DNA of 62,974 bases, filler included, from Octopus bimaculoides (lineage: Eukaryota), in assembly GCF_001194135.2 (NCBI RefSeq). It is 6 parts of 6 records of this genome, joined end to end, with 100 filler letters (N's around TTAATTAATTAA, not from the genome) between each part and the next. Parts side by side here need not be neighbours in the genome. Positions count along the whole stretch, not along the records: positions 54,026 to 62,974 come from NC_068990.1; 5 more parts are not named here. One strand, given 5' to 3'. The notes beneath the pieces were generated by a model. It made no database searches. It saw only the letters and a program-made list of their open reading frames with translations, and was not told the DNA's origin. This document shows positions 60,606 to 62,974 of this stretch, one piece after another (position 1 is the first letter of the stretch; every line of letters starts with the position of its first letter). The position numbers and the translations under genes were made by a program.

Positions 60606-60686
60606 NNNNNNNNNNNNNNNNNNNNNNNNNNNNNNNNNNNNNNNNNNNNNNNNNNNNNNNNNNNNNNNNNNNNNNNNNNNNNNNNN

Positions 60687-60729
<43 letters not shown>

Positions 60730-61910
60730 TGTGGTCTGATCAATGAGTATCCGGACTGTTGCCATAGTAACAAAGCTAAAGCACACAGCGTAAAGCCACT
60801 TGGTACAGATTGGCTTTGAACTCTGCTCTGTATGCGCACTAAGTTTTAACCTCCTAGCTTATTCTCGCTGTTTACACCAGCGCTTGGAAGGAAGGTGTGT
60901 GGCGGGTGATCGTCGCAATGACCATAACAGAAAGTTGAGCAGAGAATCTGCATCAATTTTTGCAAAAATCTTAGCGATACTTGCTCAGTGGACAACGCAA
61001 AAGTTGCAAGTAGTTTTCATCGTTCTCGATACAGTCGAGGAGATCTTATGCAACTGAAACCCGAGTGTCCTTTTGGTCAGCTGAAAGCAGTTTCGGCACA
61101 AACTTGGTAGACACGTATCTCATACCCAAATCTTCAATGATAATGGACTGAACTGAACCGTAACTAATCTGCACATCCTCTGATAACTCACGGATGGTGA
61201 TTCGAGGATTTCCCCCCACAACGGCACACACATCTACGAAGTTTTTTTACAGTCCTGCTAGTTGCAAGTCTCCCAGAGCGTTCGTCAATATCGACATTTT
61301 TGGCGGCCATCTTGGAAAGGTCTGAACCACTCGTACACTTGTATGTGGCTCATAAACTTCTCTCCATACACTTTCTGCAACTTCGCGTGGGCTCCTGAGC
61401 AGTTATCACCATGACAACTTTCTCTGTTATGGTCAATGGGACGTTCACACTTTACACACGTTCGTTCCAAGCACTGCTGTAAACAGCAGAAGTGAGCTAG
61501 ACCGTTAAACTTAGTGTGCATGCACAGCAGGGATCAACATCAATCTTTTCCGAGCGGTTTCACTCCGTGTGCATTTGCTTCGTTAGTATGAATAGGTGTC
61601 GTGGTCATAAAAGCCAAGTTAACCCAAATGTTAACCGGATACTTCTTGATCAGAACTCGTATATATATATGTGTGTGTGCGTAGGTGTGTGTGGGTGAGT
61701 TTGTTTGTCCCCAACCACCGTCTGACAACCAGTGTTGGTGTGTTTACGTTGTCGTAATCCAGCGGTTCGGCCAGCATAAAAGAAAGATAGAACAATTAAC
61801 AGGCTTTTAAAAAATACGTACAGGGGTCGATCATTCGGCTAAAAATTCTCCAAGGACGTGCCCATGCATGGCCGCAGTCTAATCACTGAAGTACGTAAAA
61901 GATAAAAGAT
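60405..61910 (+). mobile_element. SINE family A copy split by the mariner insertion (head ~60405-60555, tail ~61670-61910)
   Basis: Head and tail are collinear, same orientation, and meet the mariner at the SINE's internal TA microsatellite (a gap lies at 60606-60686). Confidence 0.72.
60730..61659. mobile_element. Mariner-derived element made of two inverted 5' ends, flanked by TA
   Basis: Left TA-TGTGGTCTGATCAATGAGTATCCGG versus right CCGGATACTTCTTGATCAGAACTCG-TA. The left arm carries a transposase start (EQRICINFC); the right arm on the minus strand carries HIQVYEWF, TIRELSEDVQISYGSV and KFVPKLL. Confidence 0.88.
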
Positions 61911-61912
61911 CA

Positions 61913-61952
<40 letters not shown>

Positions 61953-62040
61953 CATACATACATCTATATATATATACAGATATATATGTGTGTGTGCGGG
62001 TGGGTGGGTGTATGTATGTATGTATGTATGTACTACATAC

Positions 62041-62071
<31 letters not shown>

Positions 62072-62089
62072 CTTAAGTATAGTTGAAAT

Positions 62090-62240
62090 TTATAGAGCGA
62101 CAAAAAGATGAAGACGGGTGTATGAACAACAAGCAAGTGTATTAGTCTGACACTCGGGAAAAAGGAAAAAGGCTTTTACGTTTCGAGCCTACGTTCTTCG
62201 ACAGAAAGGAAGAAGGAAAAAATAAACAGAGACAGAATGA
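62090..62240 (-). repeat. Penelope-type short repeat carrying a hammerhead-like motif (family 2)
   Basis: Homologous to 42735-42915; contains CTTT-CTGTCGA-A-GAA-CGTAGG-CTC-GAA-ACGT-A-AAAG on the minus strand. Confidence 0.6.
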
Positions 62241-62390
62241 AATTAACTTGTAGATTTCAGCGGTTGAAACATGTGTTGCGCACAATAAAATCTATTACAC
62301 ATTCCATTTCCTATCATATGCGGTAAATCTACGGATAAATATGCCAGTGCTTTATTCATCACCTACTTATACATTTTGTATAATTTTCCC

Positions 62391-62425
<35 letters not shown>

Positions 62426-62974
62426 CAAAAAGCAAATACAAATAGAAAAATTAACTAAAGTCCGAGGAACATTCATAGGTGATATTATTAGGCTGATGTT
62501 CAGTGAAGAAAAACATGTTATAGTGTAAAAATATAATGTTTCCGACATAGANNNNNNNNNNTATATACATATATATATATTTGTTTTGCAAGATTTTTTA
62601 TGTGAAATCGTGTGTTGAAACAGATGTTGTTGTACTTGGGGATGGTCATATTCCCAGTTTAGCCAATAAAAACACGCACTGTATATTTGGTGTTAACTTG
62701 CTTCAGTTTTATATTACATGATATTAATGAAAAATACAAAATGGTTGATAGTTAGCAAGGTGAGACACACATAAGATAGAAGAAAGCAAAGAACCACTGA
62801 TGAGGTCACAGAAGTGTGACGAAGGAACTCTGGCCGAAATAGGATTAATGTAATATAATGTAATATAAAACTGAAGCAAATTAACACCAAATATACAGTG
62901 CGTGTGTTTTTATTGGCTAAACTGGCAATATGACCATCCCCAGGTACAACAACATATATATATATATATATATA

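Noticed and set aside
1-62974. CRISPR arrays, rRNA, prokaryotic operons, endogenous viral genes
   Set aside because: No regularly spaced repeat-spacer arrays, rRNA motifs or viral hallmark ORFs seen; the sequence is intron-containing animal DNA.

Overview
AT-rich, gap-containing eukaryotic genomic DNA. The repeat families (tRNA-headed SINEs, RTE and Tx1-like LINEs, Tc1/mariner, abundant TA/CA microsatellites) look like an octopus/cephalopod genome; this is inference from repeat recognition, not a database result. One intact protein-coding gene can be built by hand on the + strand from four exons, none of which the ORF track joins: 6542-6665, 9303-9632, 10386-10700 and 11627-11724. All three introns are GT-AG and phase 1, and the exons give 867 nt = 288 aa + stop. 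The product is a signal peptide, a Trp-less V-like Ig domain, a C2-like Ig domain and a GPI-type C-terminal signal, with possible decayed Ig-like exons nearby. About 12-33.6 kb is mostly unique AT-rich DNA with scattered old SINEs. About 34-63 kb is a dense transposon nest: two RTE LINEs, a Tx1-like LINE with an internal fold-back inversion, Tc1 and DD37D transposase relics, and two mariner elements each made of two inverted 5' ends. Other notable structures are a ~355-bp spacer-less palindrome upstream of the gene and degenerate minimal hammerhead-ribozyme motifs in Penelope-type repeats. There are no CRISPR arrays, rRNA or true tRNA genes. Most ORFs in the supplied track are microsatellite or gap artefacts. 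Repeat boundaries are approximate, read by eye.
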